Virus record (IMG/VR): IMGVR_UViG_3300037470_000793
Coordinates: 1-50,209 of that record
DNA: 50,209 nucleotides
From: a virus
Lineage: Duplodnaviria; Caudoviricetes
Strand: one strand, 5' to 3'
Positions 27,297 through 36,175 of the stretch are shown here, in pieces. Each line of letters starts with the position of its first letter. Within the stretch, counting starts at the first letter, position 1. The translations under genes were made by a program, and so were the position numbers. The notes beneath the pieces were generated by a model. That model searched no databases. It saw nothing but the letters and a program-made list of their open reading frames with translations, and had not been told where the DNA came from.

Positions 27297-27508
27297 TACG
27301 GCCTCCGCTCCAACGCTTCGATACGCCTCTCCAACGCCGCAAGACGCAGCAGCGACGGGTCAGCCTTCTCACGCGCCTCACGGATGGCGCGGTCGCGGCG
27401 CCCCTCTCTGCCCGAGCGGGTCAGCGGCCGGCCGTCCCACGCCTCGAGCTCCTCCGGGGTCATGGCCCACGGCGGCTTGAACGGGTCCTTGTGGCGGGGT
27501 GTGTGCAT
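27296..27508 (-). CDS. Small virion-module protein
   Basis: LAALERRIEALE coiled coil; tight packing. Confidence 0.65.
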   Translation of the reverse strand: MHTPRHKDPFKPPWAMTPEELEAWDGRPLTRSGREGRRDRAIREAREKADPSLLRLAALERRIEALERRP

Positions 27509-27509
27509 G

Positions 27510-28241
27510 CTACGGCCCCAGCGTCAACGGGATGCGGTCACGCAGGCTCGTACGCGCACGCAGACGCGTGGGGGTTTCACGGCCCCACGCCACGTTCTCG
27601 TCCGGGTGAACCTCGAGCACCTTGCGCGCCTGGCGCAGCACTTCGCCGTAGAGGCCGAACTGCTCGGCAGCCTTCTGCGACACGCTGCCCGTTTCCTTGA
27701 GGAACAGGTGGCCGGCGGCCCACGCCGGCAGCGCCGGGTGGAACTCGTCGGGGAGGTCCGGGAAGTCGTCGTTGGCGACCAGGTCGACGGGCACGCGAAG
27801 GTACAGCGCGGAGACGTCGTAGTCGACGTCCGGCGTCGGGACGAACTTCACGACGTACAGAATCTCCGCGACGTCGCGCGTGGAGGCAGTGAGGTAGTAG
27901 TACGCCGGCGTTTGCGGCAGCGTCTCGTACTCGAACCGCGCGCGAAAGCCCGCGGCGGGAGCGAGGCGCTCAAGCATCCGGCCGCGGATGAGCGACCCAC
28001 CCATGACGGACAGGTTGAATGCGCGGTGGATGCTGACGTTGGACGGGAGCTCGAGCTCGTCGACGGCCTCGGCGATGGTGGTCTCCCACTCCGTAAACAG
28101 CCAGGGCCAGAGCTCTTCCGCCGTGAACGTCGTCTGCGCGAGGTTCAGTGCGCGGTCCACTTCGGCGTCGGTGAAGAAGTCGGCGACGTCCTCGCCGATG
28201 CGTTCGCGAACGTCGGTGCGCATCTCGGTGAGTGTGCTCAT
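27510..28241 (-). CDS. Head-tail adaptor / tail tubular protein A-like
   Basis: MSTLTEMRTDVRERIGE...ALNLA...WPWL...PTPD...LPDEFHPAL. Confidence 0.8.
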   Translation of the reverse strand: MSTLTEMRTDVRERIGEDVADFFTDAEVDRALNLAQTTFTAEELWPWLFTEWETTIAEAVDELELPSNVSIHRAFNLSVMGGSLIRGRMLERLAPAAGFRARFEYETLPQTPAYYYLTASTRDVAEILYVVKFVPTPDVDYDVSALYLRVPVDLVANDDFPDLPDEFHPALPAWAAGHLFLKETGSVSQKAAEQFGLYGEVLRQARKVLEVHPDENVAWGRETPTRLRARTSLRDRIPLTLGP

Positions 28242-28250
28242 GTTGTTCTC

Positions 28251-29858
28251 CTACGGGTTCGAGTTGGTGACGTTCAGCAGAATCGTGTACCAGTTGAAGA
28301 CTACCGCTTCCGCGGTAAAGGTATCCCATGCGGGTCCGGGGTCTGTGAAAGCAGCGTATGAACGAGCGACTCGCCAGTTTCTACCGAACGGTGAGGTGCC
28401 CCAAGCTTGGTCGATGTACTGCACCCCTGCGACTTGTCCGCTTAGGGCGCGCCACACAGCGGTCGATGAGGTTGAGTTGATGACTCCGAGGTAACGACCC
28501 TGCGCTGCTGTTAGTATCAGCGGCGTGCTGGGAGTGGCTATCTTTATGCCGGCTGTGAGGAGAGAGATGTCTCCGCTGTCGTAGAGAAGGTTTGTAGGCT
28601 GCCAGTCTTCATCGGCCTCGTACAAACCTATGCGGAAAGCATCACTTCCCCCTGAGGTGTCTTCAGTGACGATGAACGAGTAGAGGTCAGTGACTTCGAG
28701 GTCACCGCCAACCACCCAATATGGCATGAACACATCGTTCTGTGCCTGAGCGAGTAGGTTGCTGACTACGATGGCGGTCGGGTGTGAGAACGAAACACCA
28801 GGAGCAGTTAGAGTGGCCCCGCCAGAAGGTAGAGGGCGGCCGATGTTGGCGAGGGCGCCCGCAGTTCCGTCAGCACCTCTCGGCCCAGGGATTCCGAGGA
28901 GCGTGTCGCCGTCTTCGCCGTCCATGCCCGGTGGACCCATGCCGCCGCCACCGCCGCTGCCGGGGGCGCCTGTGTCACCCGTGGCGCCCTGCGGACCTTG
29001 CGGGCCTGGGACGAGGATGAGCTCGGCGTCTTCGCCGTCGGTGCCGGGCAGGCCCGGAGGTCCCTGCGGCCCCTGAACGCCGGCGTCGCCCTGCGCGCCG
29101 GCTTGGCCATCCTGGCCGCGCGCGATGAAGAGCGGTGCGTCTTCGCCGTCTTCCAGGACAAGGCCAACAGCCGGGCCCTGAGGCCCGGCGGGCCCTGTCG
29201 CCCCTTCGGCGCCCGTTGCACCGGATGCGCCCGTGGGGCCAACGATGATGAGGTTCTCGGCGTCGTCGCCATCGAACCCTGGAACGCCGGCCGGGCCCTG
29301 AGCACCGGGGGTACCGGCCGCCCCTGTCGCCCCATCCTGACCTGGCGTTCCCTGCGGCCCTGGCACGAGCAGGAGCTCCGCATCCTCGCCTGGCTCACCA
29401 GGCGCTCCGGTCGGGCCCTGTAGGCCCTGCGCACCCTGTGACCCTGTCGCGCCCGCCTGACCGTCCTGGCCACGCGCGATGAAGATGGGGGCGTCCTCGC
29501 CATCCTCGGCGACGAGCCCGATGGCGGGACCCTGTGGCCCCGTCGCGCCTTGCGGACCCTCCGCCCCCGGGGCTCCCTGCGCTCCGGGGACGGGATACCA
29601 CTCCCCCTCGTCACCCTGGTCGCCTGGGAGCCCTCGAGGCCCTGCGGGTCCCTGCAGACCCGAGATGCCCTGAGTGCCGACGACGTAGGGAAGGTCGACC
29701 CAGTGGGTGACCCCGTCGCCGACCTTCATGGCACGGGTGTCGTCCTCGTACCCCGGCTCGCCCTTGTACAGGACCGGGTTCTCCTCGGTCCACTGAGCGG
29801 CGGTGCCTCGGGAGAAGCGCGCCTGCCGGTAGTACTGGCGGATGATGCGGTCTGCCAC
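28251..29858 (-). CDS. Collagen-like tail fibre with Mtd-N-like N-terminal motif
   Basis: RGTAAQWTEENPVLYKGEPGYEDDT..MKVGDGVTHWVDLPY; long Gly-X-Y runs; globular C-terminus. Confidence 0.88.
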   Translation of the reverse strand: MADRIIRQYYRQARFSRGTAAQWTEENPVLYKGEPGYEDDTRAMKVGDGVTHWVDLPYVVGTQGISGLQGPAGPRGLPGDQGDEGEWYPVPGAQGAPGAEGPQGATGPQGPAIGLVAEDGEDAPIFIARGQDGQAGATGSQGAQGLQGPTGAPGEPGEDAELLLVPGPQGTPGQDGATGAAGTPGAQGPAGVPGFDGDDAENLIIVGPTGASGATGAEGATGPAGPQGPAVGLVLEDGEDAPLFIARGQDGQAGAQGDAGVQGPQGPPGLPGTDGEDAELILVPGPQGPQGATGDTGAPGSGGGGGMGPPGMDGEDGDTLLGIPGPRGADGTAGALANIGRPLPSGGATLTAPGVSFSHPTAIVVSNLLAQAQNDVFMPYWVVGGDLEVTDLYSFIVTEDTSGGSDAFRIGLYEADEDWQPTNLLYDSGDISLLTAGIKIATPSTPLILTAAQGRYLGVINSTSSTAVWRALSGQVAGVQYIDQAWGTSPFGRNWRVARSYAAFTDPGPAWDTFTAEAVVFNWYTILLNVTNSNP

Positions 29859-29891
29859 TACAGGTTCCTCCCAGTTTCACCGTTCGGTCCT

Positions 29892-29912
29892 GTTTCACCG
29901 CGGCGGTGAAAC
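29892..29912. other. Perfect inverted repeat plus an extra half-site at 29874-29882
   Basis: gtttcaccgc-g-gcggtgaaac. Confidence 0.7.
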
Positions 29913-30247
29913 TACACCACGTACTCGTAGCCCTCGATGGTGATGACGATGGCCGACGCGGCCGATGCGACGCCGGACAGGAACGTGGTGCTCGTCAGCT
30001 TGAGCAGCCCGTACCAGTCGTAAACACCAGCCACCGCGAGGCTGAGGTCCTTGAACAGCTCGGTGCCGCCGGCCGAACCGCCGGTGGCGCCGACGTAGAG
30101 CGAGACCGTCCGAGTAGACGCGTCAGCGTTGACGAGGTGGATGTGGCGCACCTCGCCGTAGATGAGCGCCGAAGACGGCACGTAGATGTCCGCCGCGGCG
30201 TTGGCGACGTACGCCGGCCCCGCGAGCTTCTTGAGTGTTCCTGCCAT
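29912..30247 (-). CDS. Small virion structural protein
   Basis: Beta-rich; in the tail module; GGAGG RBS. Confidence 0.7.
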   Translation of the reverse strand: MAGTLKKLAGPAYVANAAADIYVPSSALIYGEVRHIHLVNADASTRTVSLYVGATGGSAGGTELFKDLSLAVAGVYDWYGLLKLTSTTFLSGVASAASAIVITIEGYEYVV

Positions 30248-30310
30248 GTTGCTGTCCTCCTGCGCCCGCGGGCGCTATCCGTCTCCGGCGGCTGTCGCCG
30301 GCAACTCGAG

Positions 30311-30913
30311 CTACTTGAGCCCGAGGAACTTCGCTACCGTGAGGAGCTTCTGCACGAGCGCGCCGAAAGTGCCAGCGGCTACGTGAGAGGCTGCGGCCTC
30401 GTCCCAGACGGCGCCAGGGTCGCCCGCGGCGCCAGCGTCGTTGAGGGACTCACCGGTGGAGCCGGCGGCCAGGTGGTCAGCCTGGGCCTCGTCCCACACG
30501 GCGTCGGCGACCTGCGCGGCTGTCGGAGCGCTGCCCCCCTCGCCGACGATGAGGCCGGCGGAGTTGGTCGGGATGACCTGCACCTGGTTCTGCACCAGGA
30601 TGCCGTTCTCCACGTCGAAGATGTTGTTGTTGCTCCCCACGAGCCGCACCGTCCACTGCGCGTCCGGGGTGAACTGGACGGTGTACCCGTTGATGATTTC
30701 GAGGGTACGCGCGAACGTGGTACCGGCGACCGTGACCTGGGTGTTGTGTTGGTGGGTGTCGAGGAAGGGCATGCCCTCCACGTCGTCCTCGAGGTTCTTG
30801 AGCGCGAGCCGGAAGACGTCGGTGTCCATCTCGTACAGGGTGCCGCTGATGAACGTCAGGTCCGCCTGCGGCACAGTGATGACCTTCGTATCCCAGTTGA
30901 CGGAGATGGCCAT
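30311..30913 (-). CDS. Virion structural/tail protein
   Basis: AVWDE...H..AG(S/T)G repeated twice. Confidence 0.75.
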   Translation of the reverse strand: MAISVNWDTKVITVPQADLTFISGTLYEMDTDVFRLALKNLEDDVEGMPFLDTHQHNTQVTVAGTTFARTLEIINGYTVQFTPDAQWTVRLVGSNNNIFDVENGILVQNQVQVIPTNSAGLIVGEGGSAPTAAQVADAVWDEAQADHLAAGSTGESLNDAGAAGDPGAVWDEAAASHVAAGTFGALVQKLLTVAKFLGLK

Positions 30914-30916
30914 GAC

Positions 30917-31075
30917 TTAGTTGTCTCCCAGGTGTTGTCTGACGATGACGAGCTCCGCGTTGAGCCTCGCTGCCTCTGCCTTCCAGTAGTCGCGGTCCGC
31001 GGTCATCTCTTTCAGTGCCGCGTCCTCAGCAACCCTGTCCGCGTCCTCAGCAACCCTGTCCTCAGCGGAAAGCAA
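30917..31075 (-). CDS. Possible small coiled-coil protein (52 aa) containing a tandem repeat
   Basis: TTG start after GAGG; (DRVAEDA)x2; fills the intergenic gap. Confidence 0.45.
   Translation of the reverse strand: MLSAEDRVAEDADRVAEDAALKEMTADRDYWKAEAARLNAELVIVRQHLGDN
31018..31066. repeat. 21-bp tandem repeat (2 full copies plus a partial)
   Basis: ccgcgtcctcagcaaccctgt x2 followed by cctcagc. Confidence 0.9.
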
Positions 31076-31080
31076 GGCTC

Positions 31081-31296
31081 TTACCTCAGGTCTTCTGGTG
31101 TCGGGTCAGCAACGGTCGAGCCCCTGCCCATGAGGCGCCCGAGCGCCTCGCCGATGACCTGAGTCTGAGACTGGACGAGACCACGCAGGGTCTCGACGTT
31201 GTTCTCCAACGCCACCAACCGAGCCTCGTTGGAGTCACGAAGGTCGTCGATGGCGGCGGCAAGTGCTATGTCGTTCATCTCTGCGGCCGTTGGCAT
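31081..31296 (-). CDS. Small coiled-coil protein
   Basis: GGAGG RBS; RLVALENNVETL. Confidence 0.7.
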   Translation of the reverse strand: MPTAAEMNDIALAAAIDDLRDSNEARLVALENNVETLRGLVQSQTQVIGEALGRLMGRGSTVADPTPEDLR

Positions 31297-31305
31297 GTGT
31301 CCTCC

Positions 31306-32958
31306 CTACTCGTCCAGAATCATCTGGATGGTGACGTTCGCGCCGTCCGCGGCGGAGATGATGCCCGCCACCGGCCCGGTCTTGTACGGCACCGACGCCT
31401 TGCGTGCCCAGCCCTCGAACTCCTGGTCCGACGCCCACGTCCGGGTGTCGGCAACTTCGCCGTTCACGTCCGTCAGCGCTTTGATGATTTGGGTACCGGG
31501 CGACAGCGGGCCGGTATCGCCGGCCACGATGTAGACGTTGGCGTTTTCGACCGGGGTGCCGCTGATGAGGTCGACGACGGTGATGGTCAGAGTCACGGGG
31601 TTCGCCACGATGGTGAACGTGTCACCCGCTCGCGTCTTCTTCACAGACACGACGCCGGAGGTCCCCTGCGTGTTGATGGTCCAGTCCGTGTCTTCGCCTG
31701 CGTCGGCGAGGAGGATGACAGAGCTGTTCTGTCCATCGGTCGCGCTGAACCCGGTGAACGTGATGCCGCTGAGCGTCACCTCGGCCAGGCCGCCGGAGGC
31801 CAGGTTCGCCCCGAGCGTGATGGCGTGGTGGTCGGCCGTCCCCTTCTCGAACGTCATGTCGTCCAGGTTGCCGAGCGGGTCGTCGGCCACGTCCCAGACG
31901 AGGGCCGAGGCGTCGGCCGCGACCGTTGAGAGCAAGACCTGCGAGCCGGTCAGCGTGGAGCCCGGAGCGGTGATAGCGTTGCACCGGCGGAAGATGCAGC
32001 CCGTCATCACGCTCGTCGACAGGAGCGAGAACGTGTCCATGTCGATGAACTGACAGTCCACGGCGTCGAAGGTGCCGGCCGTGTGAACGAACACTCCGCG
32101 AGCCCGTGTGCCGAGAGCCTGGAAGGTGATGTTCGTCCAGTCGACGTTGCTGCTGGCGTGCAGAACTTCGAGCCGGTTGTACCCAGTTGACACGGCGTCG
32201 TCGGTCTCGTTGTTGCCGCCCGAGTCCCGGATGAAGATGACCTTGTTCTGGTCGCGGAAGTCGACCGCGGTACCCGTCTCACCGAACGAGTGGAACCCTT
32301 GGATGAAGTAGGCACCCTTGTTGAACTCGATGTTGCCCCACCGGTTCGCGATGCTGTTCGCGTCGGCCTCGGCCAGGGCGAACGTGTTGTAGTTGGGGGC
32401 TCCGTCGCCGAGCGTGTACGTCAGCGTGTGCCGTCCGACGCGGATGGCGTCTATGGCGATGGGGTAGCCCTTCGTCGGCCCGGCCACGGTCGGCAGGTTG
32501 GCAAGGATGCCGACCCACCGCTCTGTTCCCGGCGCGCCCACCGTGTCATCAGGCGTCGCTGTGTTGGGGTCGACGACGTACGGAACCCACGACTCGAAGA
32601 TGAGGGTGTCACTCCCACCCACGTAGTAGGCCCAGTAGGCCGTGGTCGCCGAACCGACGATGATACGAAGCCCGCCGGCGGACTTGGCTGCGAGCGACGC
32701 GACGGCGGAGTAGAAGCCCCACGCCACGATAACGCCGTCGGTCGGGATGGTGATGGTCCCTCCGCTGTCGACGATGAAGCCCTTGATGGCGTTCGTCCAT
32801 GCCTGTTTCGAGATGGACGTGGGAGTGCCGCCGCCCTGGACGTAGTAGTCCGGCTCAGGGTTGGAGAGCCCCGCGGCACCGCCGCCGAGTGCAGTGACGG
32901 TAGCGGCGCCGTCCAGGTAGATGTCGGTGAGGTCTGTTGCCCATGCTGGCGCTGCCAT
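31306..32958 (-). CDS. Tail/virion structural protein (beta-helix-like centre, Ig-like C-terminus)
   Basis: Thr/Gly/Asp-rich; C-terminal TLTITVVD..SGTPVENANVY. Confidence 0.75.
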   Translation of the reverse strand: MAAPAWATDLTDIYLDGAATVTALGGGAAGLSNPEPDYYVQGGGTPTSISKQAWTNAIKGFIVDSGGTITIPTDGVIVAWGFYSAVASLAAKSAGGLRIIVGSATTAYWAYYVGGSDTLIFESWVPYVVDPNTATPDDTVGAPGTERWVGILANLPTVAGPTKGYPIAIDAIRVGRHTLTYTLGDGAPNYNTFALAEADANSIANRWGNIEFNKGAYFIQGFHSFGETGTAVDFRDQNKVIFIRDSGGNNETDDAVSTGYNRLEVLHASSNVDWTNITFQALGTRARGVFVHTAGTFDAVDCQFIDMDTFSLLSTSVMTGCIFRRCNAITAPGSTLTGSQVLLSTVAADASALVWDVADDPLGNLDDMTFEKGTADHHAITLGANLASGGLAEVTLSGITFTGFSATDGQNSSVILLADAGEDTDWTINTQGTSGVVSVKKTRAGDTFTIVANPVTLTITVVDLISGTPVENANVYIVAGDTGPLSPGTQIIKALTDVNGEVADTRTWASDQEFEGWARKASVPYKTGPVAGIISAADGANVTIQMILDE

Positions 32959-32967
32959 CTACCCTCC

Positions 32968-34890
32968 CTACGCGTCAGACGTGCGAATGGCCGTCACCGT
33001 CAGGCCACCGGACCCGAAGGTACCGGACGTATCGAACGTCTTGATGGGGGTTGCTCCGCCATCGCGCACTCGCACGAACACGTCGCGGTCGGAGCTGTAC
33101 TTGATGGCGACCGTCTCGAAGGTCGTGGCGGTCTGGATGTCGATGTAGCCGAGGAAGACGTTGCGCGGCGCCGTCGCAGCGTTGCCGCCGGTGAAGTCGG
33201 TTGGGTCGATGGTGAACGTCGAGCCGCTCCACGTCGTGTACGGCACGAGCCGGTAGATGCCTGTGTCGAGCTGGATGCGGAGGTTGCCGGTCAGCGGCGT
33301 GTCGACTGGAATCGCCGTAGTGATGACCACCGCGACCTCGGCCGCGCCGGTCAGCGACGTGTCCAGCGTGAACTGGTCGTAGTCCGGGGCCAGCGCCCCG
33401 CCGTCGTAGTTCGTGACCAGCACGCGGTCGCCGGACACAAGCCCCTGGATGCGAAGCTGCTGTTGGTTCGGAGGCGAGACGGTGGCGTTCCCCAGGGTCG
33501 TGAACACGTCGGCCGCGATGCCGTCGGCAGCGTCGATGCCGATGCCGAACGCGCCGATGATGGCCGCACCTGTGAACACCCCGAGGAACTCGGGCTTGAC
33601 AGTCCTGGGGGTTGCGGCGCCGCTGGCGAGCGCGTAGCTGCCCGTGGTACCGCCGCGCCGCCAGATGGGGTCGTTGTCTCCGAGGATGCTCCCGCTGACG
33701 CTCTGCACCCACAGGGTGCCGTCGGCGCCGTTGTCGTCGTCGGCGAGGACGACGGCTGCACCGCCCAGCGTGGCCGAGACCGGAGCCGTAGCCGCGCCGG
33801 CCTGGACGAACGCGCCGGTAACGCCAGGGGTGATGATGCTGTAGGTGTCGTTGTCACCCCATGCCGGGGTCGCGGCCTCGCGCTGCACGACGATGGTACC
33901 AGTCGCGCCGGCGGCGGCTGAGACGAAGACAACCTTCCCTACCCCGCCTGACAGCGTGTTCTCGATGTAGTGCCCGACGACGGGCACCGTGCCCGTGCCC
34001 CCGTCGTACGCGAAAGACGTACCCCACACGACGGTGTCATTCGTCGCGAAGTTCGTGGACTGCCCGTCGTACGTGAACTCGTGGGTGATGCCGCGGAACT
34101 CCTCGCCGGGAAGGCCATGGAGTGTCTCGCCGGTGCCCTGCCGGGCCAGCCACTTCGTCCGCTCGTACAACTGCTTCTTGGTCCGCGAGGCCTGGTCCCA
34201 CTCGCTGTAGTACGGCTCGTCGGCCGAGCCGTCGCCCGCGATGTCCAAGAGCTGATAGCCCTCGACGTTGACGATGTCGGTCCAGCCGGCGATGGTGGCT
34301 TCGACGGTATCGTTGTTCAGGTCGGCCGCTGTGAAGATGGCCGCGACGTTGTTGCCCGTCGCCAGGGTGACCGAGAACTCCGCGTACGTGTCACCCAGCT
34401 TGCGAGCCCAGACGATGACTCGGCGCCCGTTGATGTCGGCGCCAACCGACCGAGCCTTCACGAGGAACCGGGCGAGGATGGCCGCGGCGGCGTCAGGGTT
34501 GCCGCTGTTCCGCAGGGTCGGCGTGACGATGGCCTCGTCCTGGGTGATGCGTAGGTCGGCGGCCACAGCCCCCGAACCCACGACCACGAGCCCGGCGTAG
34601 ATGTCTGTGCCGCCCTCAAGGGGATTCGTCTGCGTGATGGACCCGTCGTAGAGGTACTGAGCGGCCGTGTCGTCGATGTTGAACGGGGCGAGCAGCGTGA
34701 TGATGTTGTCGGTCGCGCGCTCGGACGGCGTCGTGTACGTGATGTCGATGAAGTCGTCGCCAGCCGCAACCGCGTCGTCGGCCTCGTCCTGCAGCCAGCG
34801 GTGGAGCTCGAGGACGGTGTACGTCCCGGTGCCGGACGTGTGCCGGATGTCACCGTCTGCCTGGATTTCGAAGTCGTCCTGAATCGCCAT
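32968..34890 (-). CDS. Tail/virion structural protein
   Basis: 640 aa, beta-rich, Thr/Gly-rich; AGGAG RBS. Confidence 0.78.
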   Translation of the reverse strand: MAIQDDFEIQADGDIRHTSGTGTYTVLELHRWLQDEADDAVAAGDDFIDITYTTPSERATDNIITLLAPFNIDDTAAQYLYDGSITQTNPLEGGTDIYAGLVVVGSGAVAADLRITQDEAIVTPTLRNSGNPDAAAAILARFLVKARSVGADINGRRVIVWARKLGDTYAEFSVTLATGNNVAAIFTAADLNNDTVEATIAGWTDIVNVEGYQLLDIAGDGSADEPYYSEWDQASRTKKQLYERTKWLARQGTGETLHGLPGEEFRGITHEFTYDGQSTNFATNDTVVWGTSFAYDGGTGTVPVVGHYIENTLSGGVGKVVFVSAAAGATGTIVVQREAATPAWGDNDTYSIITPGVTGAFVQAGAATAPVSATLGGAAVVLADDDNGADGTLWVQSVSGSILGDNDPIWRRGGTTGSYALASGAATPRTVKPEFLGVFTGAAIIGAFGIGIDAADGIAADVFTTLGNATVSPPNQQQLRIQGLVSGDRVLVTNYDGGALAPDYDQFTLDTSLTGAAEVAVVITTAIPVDTPLTGNLRIQLDTGIYRLVPYTTWSGSTFTIDPTDFTGGNAATAPRNVFLGYIDIQTATTFETVAIKYSSDRDVFVRVRDGGATPIKTFDTSGTFGSGGLTVTAIRTSDA

Positions 34891-34899
34891 GTCACTCTC

Positions 34900-35124
34900 C
34901 TATGAGTACGCGTAGCCCAGGCGGCTCGACCAGGCTTTCGAGAACCCGTGCGTGCCATCCGCCCACTTGATGTCCATGTCCGCGCCGACTTCCGTCAGCC
35001 GTTTGATGCGCCACTCTGCGTCGCTCTCACCTGTGCCGACCGCAGCCTCACCGATGTAGATGACGCCGCCACCCACGTCGTCGAGACGCAGGGTGAGGGG
35101 CGGAACAGGGATGCCGATTGTCAT
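34900..35124 (-). CDS. Small virion-associated protein
   Basis: YIGEAAVG..ESDAEWRIKRL...WADG...W..R motif. Confidence 0.7.
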   Translation of the reverse strand: MTIGIPVPPLTLRLDDVGGGVIYIGEAAVGTGESDAEWRIKRLTEVGADMDIKWADGTHGFSKAWSSRLGYAYS

Positions 35125-35125
35125 G

Positions 35126-35320
35126 CTACGCTCCCGGCGTCTGCGGCGCCCACGCGCGACCCCAGGTGACCTGCGGCTGCGGCGGAGCCATGAGCGACAC
35201 CATCAGCTTGAAGAGCTCGAAGGCGAGCAGCTCCCGGTCGACGCCGGGCGTCGGGTACAGCCGGCCGGCGACAGACGTGGCGAGCAAGCGCCCGGTCTCG
35301 TCCTTCATCCAGACTTCCAT
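35126..35320 (-). CDS. Hypothetical protein
   Basis: AGGAG RBS; operon packing. Confidence 0.55.
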   Translation of the reverse strand: MEVWMKDETGRLLATSVAGRLYPTPGVDRELLAFELFKLMVSLMAPPQPQVTWGRAWAPQTPGA

Positions 35321-35322
35321 GG

Positions 35323-35703
35323 CTACGCTCCTACCGCGAACGTCTTCTTCTTCATGTCCGGCCAGTACGGCTTCTTGTTGCCGTCCTTCGGCTTCGTCTC
35401 GTCAGCCCACTTGCGCAGCCCCTTCTGTCCATCGGGGTCGCTGGCGCTTTCGAAGTCCTTCGCCGTCGGCAGGAACATGTCCCGGACAGCAGAACGCCCC
35501 CCAGCTTCCCGCTCGCGCTTGAGCTGGACAACTTGGGGGGCGACGTTCTCTGTGCGGTAGTCGCGCTGCATGGTGACTTCACGAAGAGGCTGCACGTTCT
35601 TCTTCGCCCCAGGCTTCCACGAGTGGAAGTGGGTCGGCGCAGGCTCGCGCACGTTGGTCTCGACTCGGTAGCCGCAATCGCGGCAGACGAAGCAGTACAT
35701 CAT
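35323..35703 (-). CDS. Zinc-ribbon (FmdB-like N-terminus) protein
   Basis: MMYCFVCRDCGYRVE. Confidence 0.7.
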   Translation of the reverse strand: MMYCFVCRDCGYRVETNVREPAPTHFHSWKPGAKKNVQPLREVTMQRDYRTENVAPQVVQLKREREAGGRSAVRDMFLPTAKDFESASDPDGQKGLRKWADETKPKDGNKKPYWPDMKKKTFAVGA

Positions 35704-35719
35704 GGCCGCCCTCCCAGGC

Positions 35720-36121
35720 TTAGTACAACGGAAGCGCGAGTGCGCTGAACGTGACAGAGGCCGTGCCGATGGTGACGGTCATCTGCAGCTTGCGTGGACA
35801 CGGCGAAGAGTACCGCCGGTTGCCGCCGGTGACCTTCTCCGTCAGCTCAGGGAAAATCATCAGGTCGTCGTCGGCAGTTGCGCCGGCATCGAGTAGCGTG
35901 CCGTCCATGGCAACTGCGGCGCCGGACGCGCCGAGCTTGAGGTCTTTCCACGCTCCCACGAGCGTGTTACGGAACTGGAACGACGCCACGAAGGTCGAGG
36001 TAGCGCCACCTTCCGCCGTCTTGTTCACGGCGATGAGAAAGCCGCGAGCGCTGGGCGGAAGCACGATGTCGGAGGTGTAGGCCGCCGGCGTACGGAGAGC
36101 AGAAGCAAAGAGCACAGCCAT
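35720..36121 (-). CDS. Virion structural protein
   Basis: Beta-rich; in the head-tail module. Confidence 0.7.
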   Translation of the reverse strand: MAVLFASALRTPAAYTSDIVLPPSARGFLIAVNKTAEGGATSTFVASFQFRNTLVGAWKDLKLGASGAAVAMDGTLLDAGATADDDLMIFPELTEKVTGGNRRYSSPCPRKLQMTVTIGTASVTFSALALPLY

Positions 36122-36139
36122 GCCGATTCCCTTCGAAGA

Positions 36140-36163
36140 GAGGGGGGCCCGAAGACCCCCCTC
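36140..36163 (-). other. GC-rich UUCG stem-loop between genes
   Basis: Minus strand GAGGGGGG-UC-UUCG-GG-CCCCCCUC; no U tail. Confidence 0.6.
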
Positions 36164-36175
36164 CGCCTCTCGATG

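Noticed and set aside
28251-29858. Diversity-generating retroelement suggested by the Mtd-N-like fibre motif
   Set aside because: No reverse transcriptase and no template/variable repeat pair seen.
31018-31066. Mini CRISPR array or regulatory repeat
   Set aside because: Head-to-tail 21-bp duplication with no spacers; keeps frame in a small ORF.
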